Of a DNA stretch of 64,000 nt, positions 44,286 through 56,342 are shown one piece after another; the first letter of the stretch is position 1, and each line of letters begins with the position of its first letter. Origin of the DNA: Rebecca billardiae RCC1528 (Eukaryota > Protista > Haptophyta); the NCBI GenBank assembly GCA_965240325.2, contig OZ251237.1, positions 434,001 to 498,000 of the forward strand, in the 5' to 3' direction. The notes below the pieces were generated by a model, which saw nothing but the letters and a program-made list of their open reading frames with translations, was not told the DNA's origin and searched no databases. The position numbers and the translations under genes are program-made.

Positions 44286-44752
44286 ATGGCATGAATCAAG
44301 ACGAATCTTGCGCAGAGGACACCCGCCGCCGTGCAGTCGGTGGGCGCGCTACTCTCGGCAGGCTTCTCTCACTAGTAACTTCATCGCGACTGCTACATTC
44401 AGTCTGCCAGTCGAAATATACGTAGTTCGTCATGATCAATATCCGCAACAGCAGAATCGTCGCGTCAACGAGAGAGAGAGATCGATCGAGAGAGACCAGC
44501 GTCGTAGTCATCATGATCAGGGCGCCCCGAACCGTCACCGTCACCGTCGTCGCTGACGGCACGCGGTTCGCCCTGATGATCCTACTCAGGCCGCGAACGC
44601 GATGAGATCCGCCCATGGCCATATGGCCCGGCCCCGCTGCCCATGCCCTGCTGCCGCCGACGGAGCGCACGGGTCGGGCATCGAGAGCTGCCTAAGGCCT
44701 TGCCTGCCACGCACCAGCAGTCGCGAGGCCGCGTGCGCTTACTCGAGCTCGC

Positions 44753-46362
44753 TCAGCGGTTTGCCTGCGCGGGCTCGATGCGCTCGCCTTTCCGGATCTC
44801 GCCCCAGCCAATCAACCTCCAGTGCTTGTCGATGCGCCGGCTGAGCGCAATCTTCTCGCCGACTGCCGTGCACACGGGCGACGTGAGCTGCACCTTGGCC
44901 AAGTCGGCCTGCAGCGCGTGTCGGGCGCACCGCGCGCGGGGGAGAGGCCGTCAGCCCCCGCGCGCGCGCGTAGGTGCACGGCCGCGGTGCATCGCGCACC
45001 TTCACTGCTGTGATACGCCCGCCGGTCGAGGTCGAGCCGATGTTGACCATGAGCATCTCGCCCTTCGCCAGCTTCTGCACCTTGCCCTGCTTCTCGCCCT
45101 CCGCCGTCTTCACGCCGAGCAGCCTGCGCAGCAGGTAGTAGTTCACCTCGAGCTCGACGTAGATCTCCGGCAGGTGGCCGACTGCGCCGAGCACCTGGCC
45201 GACTAGCCGGTCCGCGCGCGTGAGTGTCGGGTCGAGCAGCGTGCCGACGCCGATGAGCCCGCCGGGCACGGCGAACTGCAGGTCGTTGTGCTCGGCGTAA
45301 AGCGACTTGATCTTGGAGAAGAGCGGCACGCAGTTCACCGAGCCGTCCGACAGCCTCGAGACGATCCCCGGCCGGATCTCGATCTCGTCGCCGACCCTGA
45401 GCACGCCCTGCAGGATCGAGCCACCCGCCACGCCGCCTTTCAGGTCCTTCACCTCCTCGCCCGGCTTGTTCACGTCGAACGAGCGGATCACGATCATCCT
45501 CGGCTTCAGCGTGAAGTCGCGCGTCGGGATCGGGATCTTCTTGGCGATGTACTCTGCGCGGCGGCGAGCGCGCGAGCGACGCGGGCGAGCATCGCGTGCG
45601 GGCGGGGTGAGGCACGGGCCGGGTGCGCGTCGGCACCGCGCGGCCAGGTGGCGGCGCTCGGCGCGCGCCGCCCGCGCGCGGACCGGCGACCACGTCGACG
45701 TTGTACTTGAGCTGCGCGGAGATGGGCACGATCGGCGCGCTGTCCGCCACCGTGCCCTTGACGAACGCGCGGATGTCCTCGTTCTGCGAGAGCGCGGCCG
45801 CCTCCTTGACGAGGTCAATCTTGTTCTGCAGGATGATGATGTGCTTGAGCTTCATGATCTCGACGGCGGCGAGGTGCTCGGAGGTCTGCGGCTGCGGGCA
45901 GGGCTCGTTGCCCGCGATGAGCAGCAGCGCGGCGTCCATCACCGCCGCGCCGTTCAGCATGGTCGCCATGAGGATGTCGTGCCCCGGGCAGTCGACAAAC
46001 GAGACGTGTCGCACGACCTCATACGTGTACTTGCCCACCTTGAAGCGGTCCTCGGTGGAGGAGCCGCGCGCGAGGAAGTTGCCCGGGCGGGGGCACTCCG
46101 GATCCTTGCACTCGTAGATCTTCGCGTTCGCGTAGCCGAGCTTGATCGTGATGTTGCGCTCGAGCTCGTTCTTGAAGCGCACCGTCTGCACACCGGAAAT
46201 TGCCTTGACGACGGTGGACTTGCCGTGCGCGACGTGCCCGATCGTGCCAATGTTGATCGTCGCCTGCCGGCTGATCACTTCGTGCGAGAGCGCGTCGAGC
46301 TTGCTCACATCGAGCTTGCTCAGATCCTGCACCGCGAGGTGCGGCTGCGTAGGAGCCGCCAT
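44753..46362 (-). CDS. EIF2S3: Translation initiation factor eIF2 gamma subunit; 3 exons
   Basis: [56 protein letters not shown]. Introns 45683-45554 and 44999-44909. Ends [18 protein letters not shown]...ANR*. Confidence 0.98.
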
Positions 46363-46487
46363 GAGTGTTGGACGCCACTCGGGAGCGCGACCGCGTGCCG
46401 CTGTGGCTCTGCGCAAGCCAAGTCGGCAGCGACACGTCCGGGGCAGCCGTGCAAGCCGTCCGGACCCGAGCCAAGCGCGTGTCGACG
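46363..46487. promoter_or_regulatory. Probable bidirectional promoter between eIF2-gamma and STRAP
   Basis: Only 125 bp separate the two divergent ATGs. Confidence 0.6.
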
Positions 46488-47525
46488 ATGGTGACCGCGG
46501 CAGCCGCGCCGCCGTCATCGGACTTCATATGCCCGGGGCACTCGCGCCCCGTGGTCGGCCTGCAGTACTCGCAGGAGACGGCGGACGGCGTCTTCCTACT
46601 GTCCGCATGCCACGACAAGACCGCCATGCTGCGCGACGGCGAGACGGGCGACTGGATCGGCACGTTTGAGGGCCACAACGGGGCGGTGTGGTGGGCGGCG
46701 CTCAACCCGACCGCGACGCTCGTGAGCACGGCGTCGGGCGACTTCTCGGCGAAGGTGTGGAACGCGATCACGGGGGACGAGCTCTACACCTTCAAGCACA
46801 AGCATATCGTGCGCACGGTCGACTGGACCCCGGACTCGAGGCGGGTCGCCACGGCGGGCAAGGAGCAGCTCGTGCGGCTCTTTGACATTGGGAAGCCCGA
46901 CGCGGAGCCGCAGGTGCTCTCCGGGCACGAGAAGCTCATCAAGGTGCTGCTCTGCACGGAGGAGCCGTCGGGTGCGCAGCTGCTCACCGGTGGCGACGAC
47001 AAGACCCTGCGCACGTGGGATGTGCGCACGCTCGCCCAGACGCAGAAGCTCGAGCTCGCCGGCCCGATCACGAGCGTCGTCGTGTCCCAGGACGGCAAGG
47101 TGCTCACCGTGGCGGCGGGCGACGACGTCGTGTTCCTGGACCGGGCGACCCTGGGCGTGCTACGCAAGCACACCATCCCCACCATCGGCGGCGTCAACTC
47201 CGCCGCGCTCCACCCGAACGGCAGGAGTTTCGTCGCGGGCGGTGGCAACTTCTGGGTCTACCTGTACGACTTTGAGACATGCGAGGTGCGCCGTGCGCGC
47301 GCGTGACGTGCTTGCGCGCTCTGGCCGCAGGCTCGCGCGCTCACTCGCGTTGGTCGTTGCGCGTGTGCGTCGTGTGCGTGGCGCCCGCAGGAGCTACAGT
47401 GCAGCAAGGGCCACCACGGACCGGTGTACTGCGTGCGCTTCGCACCGAGCGGACAGCATTACACCTCGGGCGGCGACGACGGCACAATCCGCACGTGGCA
47501 CGTCCACAACAGCTCGTACGTGTGA
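46488..47525 (+). CDS. STRAP: STRAP/UNRIP WD40 protein; 2 exons
   Basis: [47 protein letters not shown]. Intron 47286-47390; last exon [31 protein letters not shown]. Confidence 0.95.
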
Positions 47526-47701
47526 TTCGTGTCATACGCGTGACCGTGTATGACACGTATGCGTGCACGTGTGATGAGCAGTATACGCGCGCCATGCTGA
47601 GCAGCGCACGTAGCTGGCCGTCTGATATGTCCGCGCCATCGTCTGAGAGAGTCAGATCGATATATGATGATGACAATGCAAGAATATATATATCTATCGA
47701 A

Positions 47702-49267
47702 TGACCGCGTTCCGCGGTCCTTTTCTGCATAGAATCAACGCAGTTGGGGGCCCGCGGTGGCCGTGCAATCGCGGCTCTCCGCCGTAGTGGCAGTTCGCCA
47801 GTTGAAGTCGGTTCTGAGATGACTGAAGCTATATTAGTCCGACCGTCGCCCTGCCTGCGCGACCGCGAGACTCATTCACACTTCACACAATCACAGCAGC
47901 GGACCTGAGACCGCACCCGGCACCGGTCGTCAAATCGGACGTCCGCCTGACAACTAGCTGCCAAATGTCCAACTGGCTGATCAGCTCGGATCCGACCCGT
48001 CCGCGATCGTGCCATCGGCATCGGAATTACTACTAGTAGCTGCCAAACTGTGTCCAACTCTGGCTGATCAGCTCGGATCCGACCCGTCCGCGATCGTGCC
48101 GAGTGAGTCGTGCCGCGGAGCTCGGAGTACTGAAGGCCGAGTCGGGTGTGACAGCAGGGTGCTTTAGCGCTGCGGCCCGTGCCAGCCAACGACCAGACGT
48201 ACTCTGGCCACTTGACCCGTTGCACGGGTGAGTGACCGTACGCCCTGCCTAGTGCCTACCGCGCGCGCCGCGCGACCGGCGACTCGGGGTGATGGAGAGC
48301 GGATGGCGACAGCAGCAGCAGTCCTCATGAAGACGATGAAACTGGCGGCACGGGTGCACGAGGTGGCAGGCGAAAGCGCGCCGACGAGACCGCATTTGAC
48401 ACACCTGAGCCGCACGCGCGTGCCGTCGCCGAGCTGCGAGCGCTGCAAACGCGCAACCGTACCGCGCGCGCCACGACGGCGCGGCACTAGCTGATGCAGG
48501 CCGTACTGCCGGCACTGCTAGTCTGCGATCATGCGCCACGGTCGCAGCTGACTGCGTGAGCAGCAAGCGGGAGGCGGGTCCGGAGGCACGTGCAGGCGCC
48601 GTCCCGATGAAACTGGCGGCACGGGTGCACGAGGTGGCAGGCGAAAGCGCGCCGACGAGACCGCATTTGACACACCTGAGCCGCACGCGCGTGCCGTCGC
48701 CGTCAGAGCGGCGAGCGCTGCAAACAAACGCGCAACCGTACCGCGCGCGCCACGACGGCGCGGCACTAGCTGATGCAGGCCGTACTGCCGGCACTGCTTC
48801 TGCGATCATGCGCCACGGTCGCAGCTGACTGCGTGAGCAGCAAGCGGGAGGCGGGTCCGGAGGCACGTGCAGGCGCCGTCCCGCATATCCGCCATCGCCC
48901 ATCGTGCCGGGGCACGTCACCTCCGACGATCCGGATGTGGCCCAGTCCGGACGTCACGCGATCCGGGAAGACGAGTACGATTCGCTCGTAACGAACCGTT
49001 ACACTAATGTCACGTCCAGCTGACGTCCAGATCGCACTTTACTTATAAGGGAATCAGCTGGGCGCGGTTTTTTTTGGCCTGATAGACCTCTCAATGCGAT
49101 CTCAAAAACTCGAAACTCGGTCTCCGCCAGCCCTAAAAATCGCCCCCCGTCCCTTTTTTTCCGCCGCCCCCCGTCCCTTTTTTCTTGATCAAAGATCTTT
49201 TTGAAACGTGGTTCGGGCCCGCTGGTGCGGGCTCCACGCTGCGCGCTCCGCCCTGCACCGCGGGCCA
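47702..49267. mobile_element. LTR-like unit, copy 1 (has an extra ~280-bp internal duplication at ~48520-48800)
   Basis: Begins TGACCGCG; near-identical to 49268-50556; lacks the last 5 nt (TAACA) at the junction. Confidence 0.65.
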
Positions 49268-50556
49268 TGACCGCGTTCCGCGGTCCTTTTCTGCATAGAA
49301 TCAACGCAGTTGGGGGCCCGCGGTGGCCGTGCAATCGCGGCTCTCCGCCGTAGTGGCAGTTCGCCAGTTGAAGTCGGTTCTGAGATGACTGAAGCTATAT
49401 TAGTCCGACCGTCGCCCTGCCTGCGCGACCGCGAGACTCATTTACACACTTCACACAATCACAGCAGCGGACCTGAGACCGCACCCGGCACCGGTCGTCA
49501 AATCGGACGTCCGCCTGACAACTAGCTGCCAAATGTCCAACTGGCTGATCAGCTCGGATCCGACCCGTCCGCGATCGTGCCATCGGCATCGGAATTACTA
49601 CTAGTAGCTGCCAAACTGTGTCCAACTCTGGCTGATCAGCTCGGATCCGACCCGTCCGCGATCGTGCCGAGTGAGTCGTGCCGCGGAGCTCGGAGTACTG
49701 AAGGAGTCGGGTGTGACAGCAGGGTGCTTTAGCGCTGCGGCCCGTGCCAGCCAACGACCAGACGTACTCTGGCCACTTGACCCGTTGCACGGGTGAGTGA
49801 CCGTACGCCCTGCCTAGTGCCTACCGCGCGCGCCGCGCGACCGGCGACTCGGGGTGATGGAGAGCGGATGGCGACAGCAGCAGCAGTCCTCATGAAGACG
49901 ATGAAACTGGCGGCACGGGTGCACGAGGTGGCAGGCGAAAGCGCGCCGACGAGACCGCATTTGACACACCTGAGCCGCACGCGCGTGCCGTCGCCGAGCT
50001 GCGAGCGCTGCAAACGCGCAACCGTACCGCGCGCGCCACGACGGCGCGGCACTAGCTGATGCAGGCCGTACTGCCGGCACTGCTTCTGCGATCATGCGCC
50101 ACGGTCGCAGCTGACTGCGTGAGCAGCAAGCGGGAGGCGGGTCCGGAGGCACGTGCAGGCGCCGTCCCGCATATCCGCCATCGCCCATCGTGCCGGGGCA
50201 CGTCACCTCCGACGATCCGGATGTGGCCCAGTCCGGACGTCACGCGATCCGGGAAGACGAGTACGATTCGCTCGTAACGAACCGTTACACTAATGTCACG
50301 TCCAGCTGACGTCCAGATCGCACTTTACTTAAGGGAATCAGCTGGGCGCGGTTTTTTTTGGCCTGATAGACCTCTCAATGCGATCTCAAAAACTCGAAAC
50401 TCGGTCTCCGCCAGCCCTAAAAATCGCCCCCCGTCCCTTTTTTTCCGCCGCCCCCCGTCCCTTTTTTCTTGATCAAAGATCTTTTTGAAACGTGGTTCGG
50501 GCCCGCTGGTGCGGGCTCCACGCTGCGCGCTCCGCCCTGCACCGCGGGCCATAACA
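49268..50556. mobile_element. LTR-like unit, copy 2 (1289 bp, TG...CA)
   Basis: Ends GGGCCATAACA (TGTTATGG on the - strand). The pair is flanked by TCGAA/TCGAC, or by ATCGA/ATCGA if the borders are shifted 1 nt. Confidence 0.65.
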
Positions 50557-50982
50557 TCGACGATCGTCGTCCGCCGTCAAACTTTGACCGGACGACCGTC
50601 GTCAATGCTGACGAGGACGGGCTCCGATGATGACGCATATAACGCGATCCATCGTCGTCGGACGAGCGCACCGAACAGTGACTATAACAGTGATCCGCCG
50701 ACGGTCCGGCGACTTGTTATGCAATATGCTGAGCAGGGATGATGATGGTCATGTACGTGAGGTCACGCTGCGCCGCGTGCATGCAATGGCTGTGTTGCTG
50801 ATCGACGTTGATACTGTACGCGTGCGCATACATAATCCGCATCGATCGATCGTCAATCGATGTTGGTGACACCTGCGAGTCGCGTGGACGCGCGTGCGCG
50901 CCGGTGGGGCCGTGGCGGTGTGACCCGAATCAGCGGGGCGTGCCGGCACGGCCGTGTCGGCGCGGCTGGGTACTGTCCTGCG

Positions 50983-53426
50983 CTAGCGCGCAGGTCGCGG
51001 GCGCGCACTGTTCTGGTCCACCACGACGAGCTCGTCCTCGGAGTCGGAGTGCACGACGTTCTCGAAGCGGTGGCGCTGCCTGAGGCCCTCTCGGCGAGGC
51101 TGGCGCGGGGGCGAGTTGACGTGCACGCGGTTGAGCGCGGCGGTGCCCGCGGTCGGCTGGCCGTTTCTGTCGCACTCGGTCACCTCGACCTTGTACCCGT
51201 GCTTCTCGAAGGTGCCCTTCCACTTGTAGCCCACGAGCTTGATGCCGACGAGCCGCCTGCCACTCATCGCGCCATCGTTGATGCGCACTCGGCAGATCTT
51301 GATCGGCTTCTGCGCTCCGCGCCGCGCGTCGTCGAGCGCAGAGTTGAGCATGCTCCACAACGGCATGATGCAGCCGCCGAGGAAGGGCTGCAGGTAGATT
51401 CGGTTCTGGATGTTGCAGTTGCCGTTGTTGTGGGTGCAGCCAGGTCCGTGGTAGCACGCCGTGAGCGCGTGCTCGAAGAAGCCCCGCCACAGCGGCTCAG
51501 CCTCGCTCTCCGTCAGCCGCACGAGCTTCTCGGGAATGTCCCGCTCCGTGTAGAGAGTCTTGCTCAGCCCGCTGCGCGACGCGCGCGCGCGGGTCACGGC
51601 CGTCAGCGCGCGGCTCAGGGGCGCGCACGCACGCCCGGCTCTCACGCGCGCACCAGTGCGGCATGTAGTCGCGATACGTCGGGATCCACACGTGCTCCGG
51701 AATCAGCTGCGGCCGCGGGATGCGCGCGAAGAGGTGCGGTCGGTGGTTGCGCGTGTGCGGGATGGTGTTCCTCGTGCGCCACCAGCCCGTGAGCCCGCCC
51801 GCGTCCACCGTCTTGCGGTACTCGAGCTCGCGCCTGGCCGCGTCCCAGGACATGCCCTTGTCCAGCTCGAGCTCGTAGTACTTGGCGGGCGCCTTGGACA
51901 CCTCCTCGTGCGCCACCTCCTGCGGCGTGCCGCGCACGCGGATCAGCCGCGCGGTGATGTCGACGACGCCGTCGTCGTACTGCCCCGCCTCCTTGGCGCG
52001 CTTGATCCGCTCCTGCGTCTCCATCGAGAAGTGCGCGAACGCCTGCCGCTGCAGCGCGATCGGCAGCCCGAGCAGCCGGTTGAGGAAGGTGCGCACCTGC
52101 ACCTTCTCGATCTTCTTCTCGTCGTTCACGTCGAGGCCGGTGGCGGCGAGGCCGTCCTCCAGCTCCTCGAGGTACGTCTGGAACTCGGCGGCACGCTCCT
52201 CCTCATCGCCCCCGTCCTCTGCGCCGTCGGGCGGCGGCACGGTGCCATCGTCGCCGCTGCCGCCGGCGCCGCCGCCACCGCCGCCGCCGCCCGCGCTGCC
52301 GCCCGCGCCCGCGCTGCCGCCGGCGCCGCCCGCGCCGGCGCTGCCGCCCGCGCCGCCCGCGCTGCCGCCCGCGCCCGCGCTGCCGCCCGCGCCCGCGCTG
52401 CCGCCCGCGCCTGCGCTGCCGCCCGCGCCGCCCGCGCCGGCGCTGCCGCCCGCGCCGCCCGCGCTGCCGGCGCCCGCGCCGCCCGTGCTCGCGCGCCGCC
52501 CGCCGGCGTTCGCGGGCGGCTTGCGCGCGTGCAGCACCGCGTCGAACACCTGGTTGCTCGGCGGGCTCGAGTGGGGCGAGCGCACGAGCGACAGGATCTC
52601 GTCCACCGCCTGCCGGCCGTACTTGTGCTCGTAGTTGAACGCCTGCGCCGCGAGCGCGCGCGGCGAGCGCGCGCGGCGTGCGCGCGGGTGCAGGGGCGCG
52701 CGAGCACGCGTGATGGGCGAGCCGCGGGCGCGACGAGCGCGCGCGCCGCGGGCGCGTGCCTCGGCCCCGCGCAGCCCCCGCCCCCGCCCGCCCCCGGACG
52801 CGCGCGCGGGCCCTCGCGCGCGTCCGCCCGCCGGCGCACACCTCGAGGTTGGCCGCGTCGTTGGCGCGCCGGTCGCCCTTGGTGAGCGCGCCGAGCGCCT
52901 GCAGCCGCTTCGCCACGGAGGAGGCGAAGCGGCGCTCGCCGCCGACGTTGGTCATGAGCAGCAGGTACTCGGGCGCGACGATCTGGTTGGAGCGGTGCGT
53001 GCGGCCGAACTGCTGGATCGCCTCGTCCGCCGACCACGGCAGCTCGATCGTGATGTGCAGCCGGCGGCGCGCGTTCCGGAAGCGGCGGTCGGCGTGCAGC
53101 GAGATACCGGACGACGCGGCCTCGCTGATGATGGCGACGCGCTTGCGGTCGCTGATGAACTCGTCCTTCTCGCGCAGGTTCACCTTCGCCATCGCCACCA
53201 GCTTGTTGTTCTCCTTCAGGTCGCGGTTGCGCGGCCGCACCTCCATCCGGCCGTTCTCCCACACGCGGCGCGCCTTGCGCCCCGTGAGCTCTGCCACTTT
53301 GTGGATGCCGCCGAGGTCGTGCACCAGCTGGTCGAGCGGGTTCTCGGGCAGGTCGAGGTCGGCCAGCTTCGAGAGCATCTGCTCCTTCAGCTGGCTGAGC
53401 CGCCTCCACAGCGACTTGGGCACGTA

Positions 53427-53478
<52 letters not shown>

Positions 53479-53930
53479 GGCTTGCTCCCGCCCGCGCCGG
53501 CGCCGCCGCCCGTCTTTGCGCGCTTGGTCGGCGGCGCCGCGGCCGCGGACTGGCTGCCCGCCGCCGCGCCGAGCCGCTTGCGCCACAGCAGCTCCACCTG
53601 CGCGCGCCTCGTCTTGGGCAGCTTGGCGCGGCTTACCTCCAGCGCGACCAGCCGCTGCTGCAGCTCGGAGCGCGCGAGCTTCCACAGCTTCTCGAACTCC
53701 GCCATCAGCGCGTCGACGAGCGCGGGCGTGCCCGAGGGCGCGCGCTTGGGCACGCCGGTCGGGCCGGTGCACATCACGGAGAACATCTGCGCGAGGTCGG
53801 CCCCGCCGGCGAGCTCGAGCGTGCGCCGCTGCACGCGCTTCGACACCACCTCGTCCTGCGTGAGCTGCAGCAGGTCCTCCTCCTCCTCCGAGTCCTCGTC
53901 CAGGTTGATCGGGCTCGAGCCGCCACCAAA

Positions 53931-53967
<37 letters not shown>

Positions 53968-56069
53968 TCGTCGGCGCCGCCGCCGCCGGAGGGCGCGCCG
54001 CGCAGGTCGTTCGCCGCGCGCGTCCACGCCGGCAGGCTCACCGGCGGCAGCGCCTTCTTCTGCTTCTTCTTCTTGCCCGCCGCGCCGCTCGACGCCGCGC
54101 CCGCCGCCGGGTCCTCCTCCTCGGCCTCTGGTCCCTCGTCGTCGTCCTCCTCCTCGTCCTCGCGCACGACGAGGCTCTCCTTGCACGGGAAGCGCTCGAG
54201 CAGGTGCTCGAGCAGCGCGCGCGTGCCTCGGAACTCCTCAAGCTCCTCCTCCGTCTGCGCCTGCTTGACCGCGTCCGCGAGCCGCGCCTCGCCCGTCGAC
54301 TGCAGCCCGATCACCACCGCGCGGCCGTCGGCAAGCGCCGCGTTCGCGTGCCGCACGACGCTCGGCACCTTGATCGACATGCACAGCTGCTTGAAGAAGC
54401 GCTGGTGCGTGCCCCACAGCACCGCGAGCGGGTTGTACCGCGGCTTGAGGCCGAGCGCGCGCAGCTCGATGTACGCGTGCGCGAACACCTCGTACAGCGA
54501 GTGCCAGAAGCTCACCGCGTCGTCGTACATGCGCGTCTGCGCGCGCGTCGGCTCGATCTCAACCGTCTCAAAGTCGCAGTCCTGGTACGAGAGCATGCGC
54601 GAGACGTACGCGCCGCGCTGCTTGAGGTCGAGCGCGACCAGCTCCATCGCGCCCTCGCCGCCGTTCGAGATGGCCTTCTCGAACGCGGAGAACTGCGGGA
54701 ACGGCGTCGTCGGGCCCCACAGCCCGAGCCGCACCATGTACGCCATCCCCTTGACCGACGAGCAGCCGGTCGCGGAGCAGTACACGATCTTGGCCTTGGG
54801 CAGCGCGAGCTGGAGCTCGCGCACCGCCGCGCCCGTCTTCGTCGCCTTCGCCCCGCCCTCGGGCACCAGGTTCTTCGCGCGGTGGCACTCGTCGAAGATG
54901 ATCACGCCGCCGCCGTCCGTGCCGCCGCCCTTGAGCCACTCGACCAGCTGGGTGAGGCGGCGCGCCGGGTCGAGGTTGACCTGCGGCTCCTCCTCGTCCG
55001 CGTCGTCGTCCTCCTCCTCGTCCTCCTCGTCCTCGTCGTCGTCCGCACCGCCGGCGGGCGCGTCCTCCTCCTCGCCCGCGCCCTGCGCGCGCTTGCGCCT
55101 CGAGCCGCCGCCGCCGCCGCCGCCGCCCGCCGCCTTGCCGCCCGCCTGCCGCTCCGAGCTGATGAGCGTCGCGTACGTGCAGAAGACGATGCCTTCGGGC
55201 TGCGCGCGCAGCTTGGCGCGGTCGAGGTCGTTGAGGCGCAGCACGCGGAGCGGGCAGCCGATCTCGCTCACGTCGCGCCGCGCGTCCTCGACCAGGTCGT
55301 TCGAGACGGAGATCCACACGTGGTGCTTGAGCCCTCGCAGGTACTGCTCGTAGATGATGCCCGCCTCCTGCCTGCCCTTGCCCACGCCCGGCCCGTCGCC
55401 GAGGAAGAAGCCGCACGTCGTGTCCGACTGCGGGAAGGTGCGGGCGTGCCGGTCGGCCGCGAGGGCGACGGTCTCGAGCTGCAGCGCCGACAGCCGCCCC
55501 GCCGACTTGCCGCTCGCCGACGAGGCGACGAGCGCTGCGAGCTTGAGGCCCGAGGTGTCGATCGTCGGCAGCTCGACAAACGAGAGCGACGTGGTCTCGA
55601 AGACGGCGCTGGGGTGCGAGGGCACGTCGTCGAAGCGCACCTGCGGCTCGTACTCCTGGAACAGCGCCTCGACCTCTTCGTCCATGTCGAAGCGCTCCTC
55701 CTGCTCGCCTGCGGCGGCCCTCGCCTGCGCGGCCGCCGCGGCCGCCTCCTCCTGCTCGCGCACGCGCTGGCGCGCCGCATCCTCCGAGGCGTCCGCTTGG
55801 TGCCGCGCGGTGCGCTCGCGGCTCTGCTTCGCCCGATTCCGCGCGCTGATCCAGCTCGGGTCCTCATCCGTGGCGTCGCAGTGGGTGGACCATTGTTTGC
55901 ACGCCGAGGCGACGTCGTCGCAGACAAAGCAGTAGCAGTTCTCGCAGCAGCTCGAGTTCTGGCCCTCGCCGAAGCGGTGCACGACGCACTTGTCGCGCGG
56001 GTGGGGAAAGTCCTTGAGCGCGACCGCGCCGCGCGTCTCGAGAATCTCGATATCGTCGTCGTCCTCCAT
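50983..56069 (-). CDS. SBNO1: Strawberry notch homologue (SBNO/FORGETTER-like helicase-related protein) with N-terminal RIN13-like Cys/His domain; 3 exons
   Basis: [108 protein letters not shown]. Introns 52841-52643 and 51653-51572. Confidence 0.93.
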
Positions 56070-56342
56070 GGGGGCGTCGCCGCTCGCGCGACGAGACCCG
56101 CTCGCTGGCGTGCTCGACCGGTGGCCCGGTCTCCGCGGAAAGGCGGAGTTGCGCGCGCGCGGCGCCCAACCGGCAACTTCAAGCTGTCATTGGTGCCCGA
56201 GCCCCGGATCCAAAGCGAGTGAACGAACGTTGGCGTCTTGGCGAGGCGGCGGCGGCGGCGAGCACGGTACTGCAGTAGCGCCGCCAGCGCGGCCGGGCGG
56301 GAAGTCGAGTCTGCCGGCGGCGGAGCAGCGAGCGTCGCGAGC

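Noticed and set aside
47872-50552. Small duplicated ORFs within the LTR-like units
   Set aside because: No protein motifs, and they differ by indels between copies and internal duplicates.
52255-52490. GGSAGAG repeat as a separate silk-like gene or element
   Set aside because: It is an in-frame low-complexity linker within strawberry notch exon 2.
52635-56222. Plus-strand ORFs of 1195 aa and 865 aa
   Set aside because: Antisense shadows of strawberry notch.
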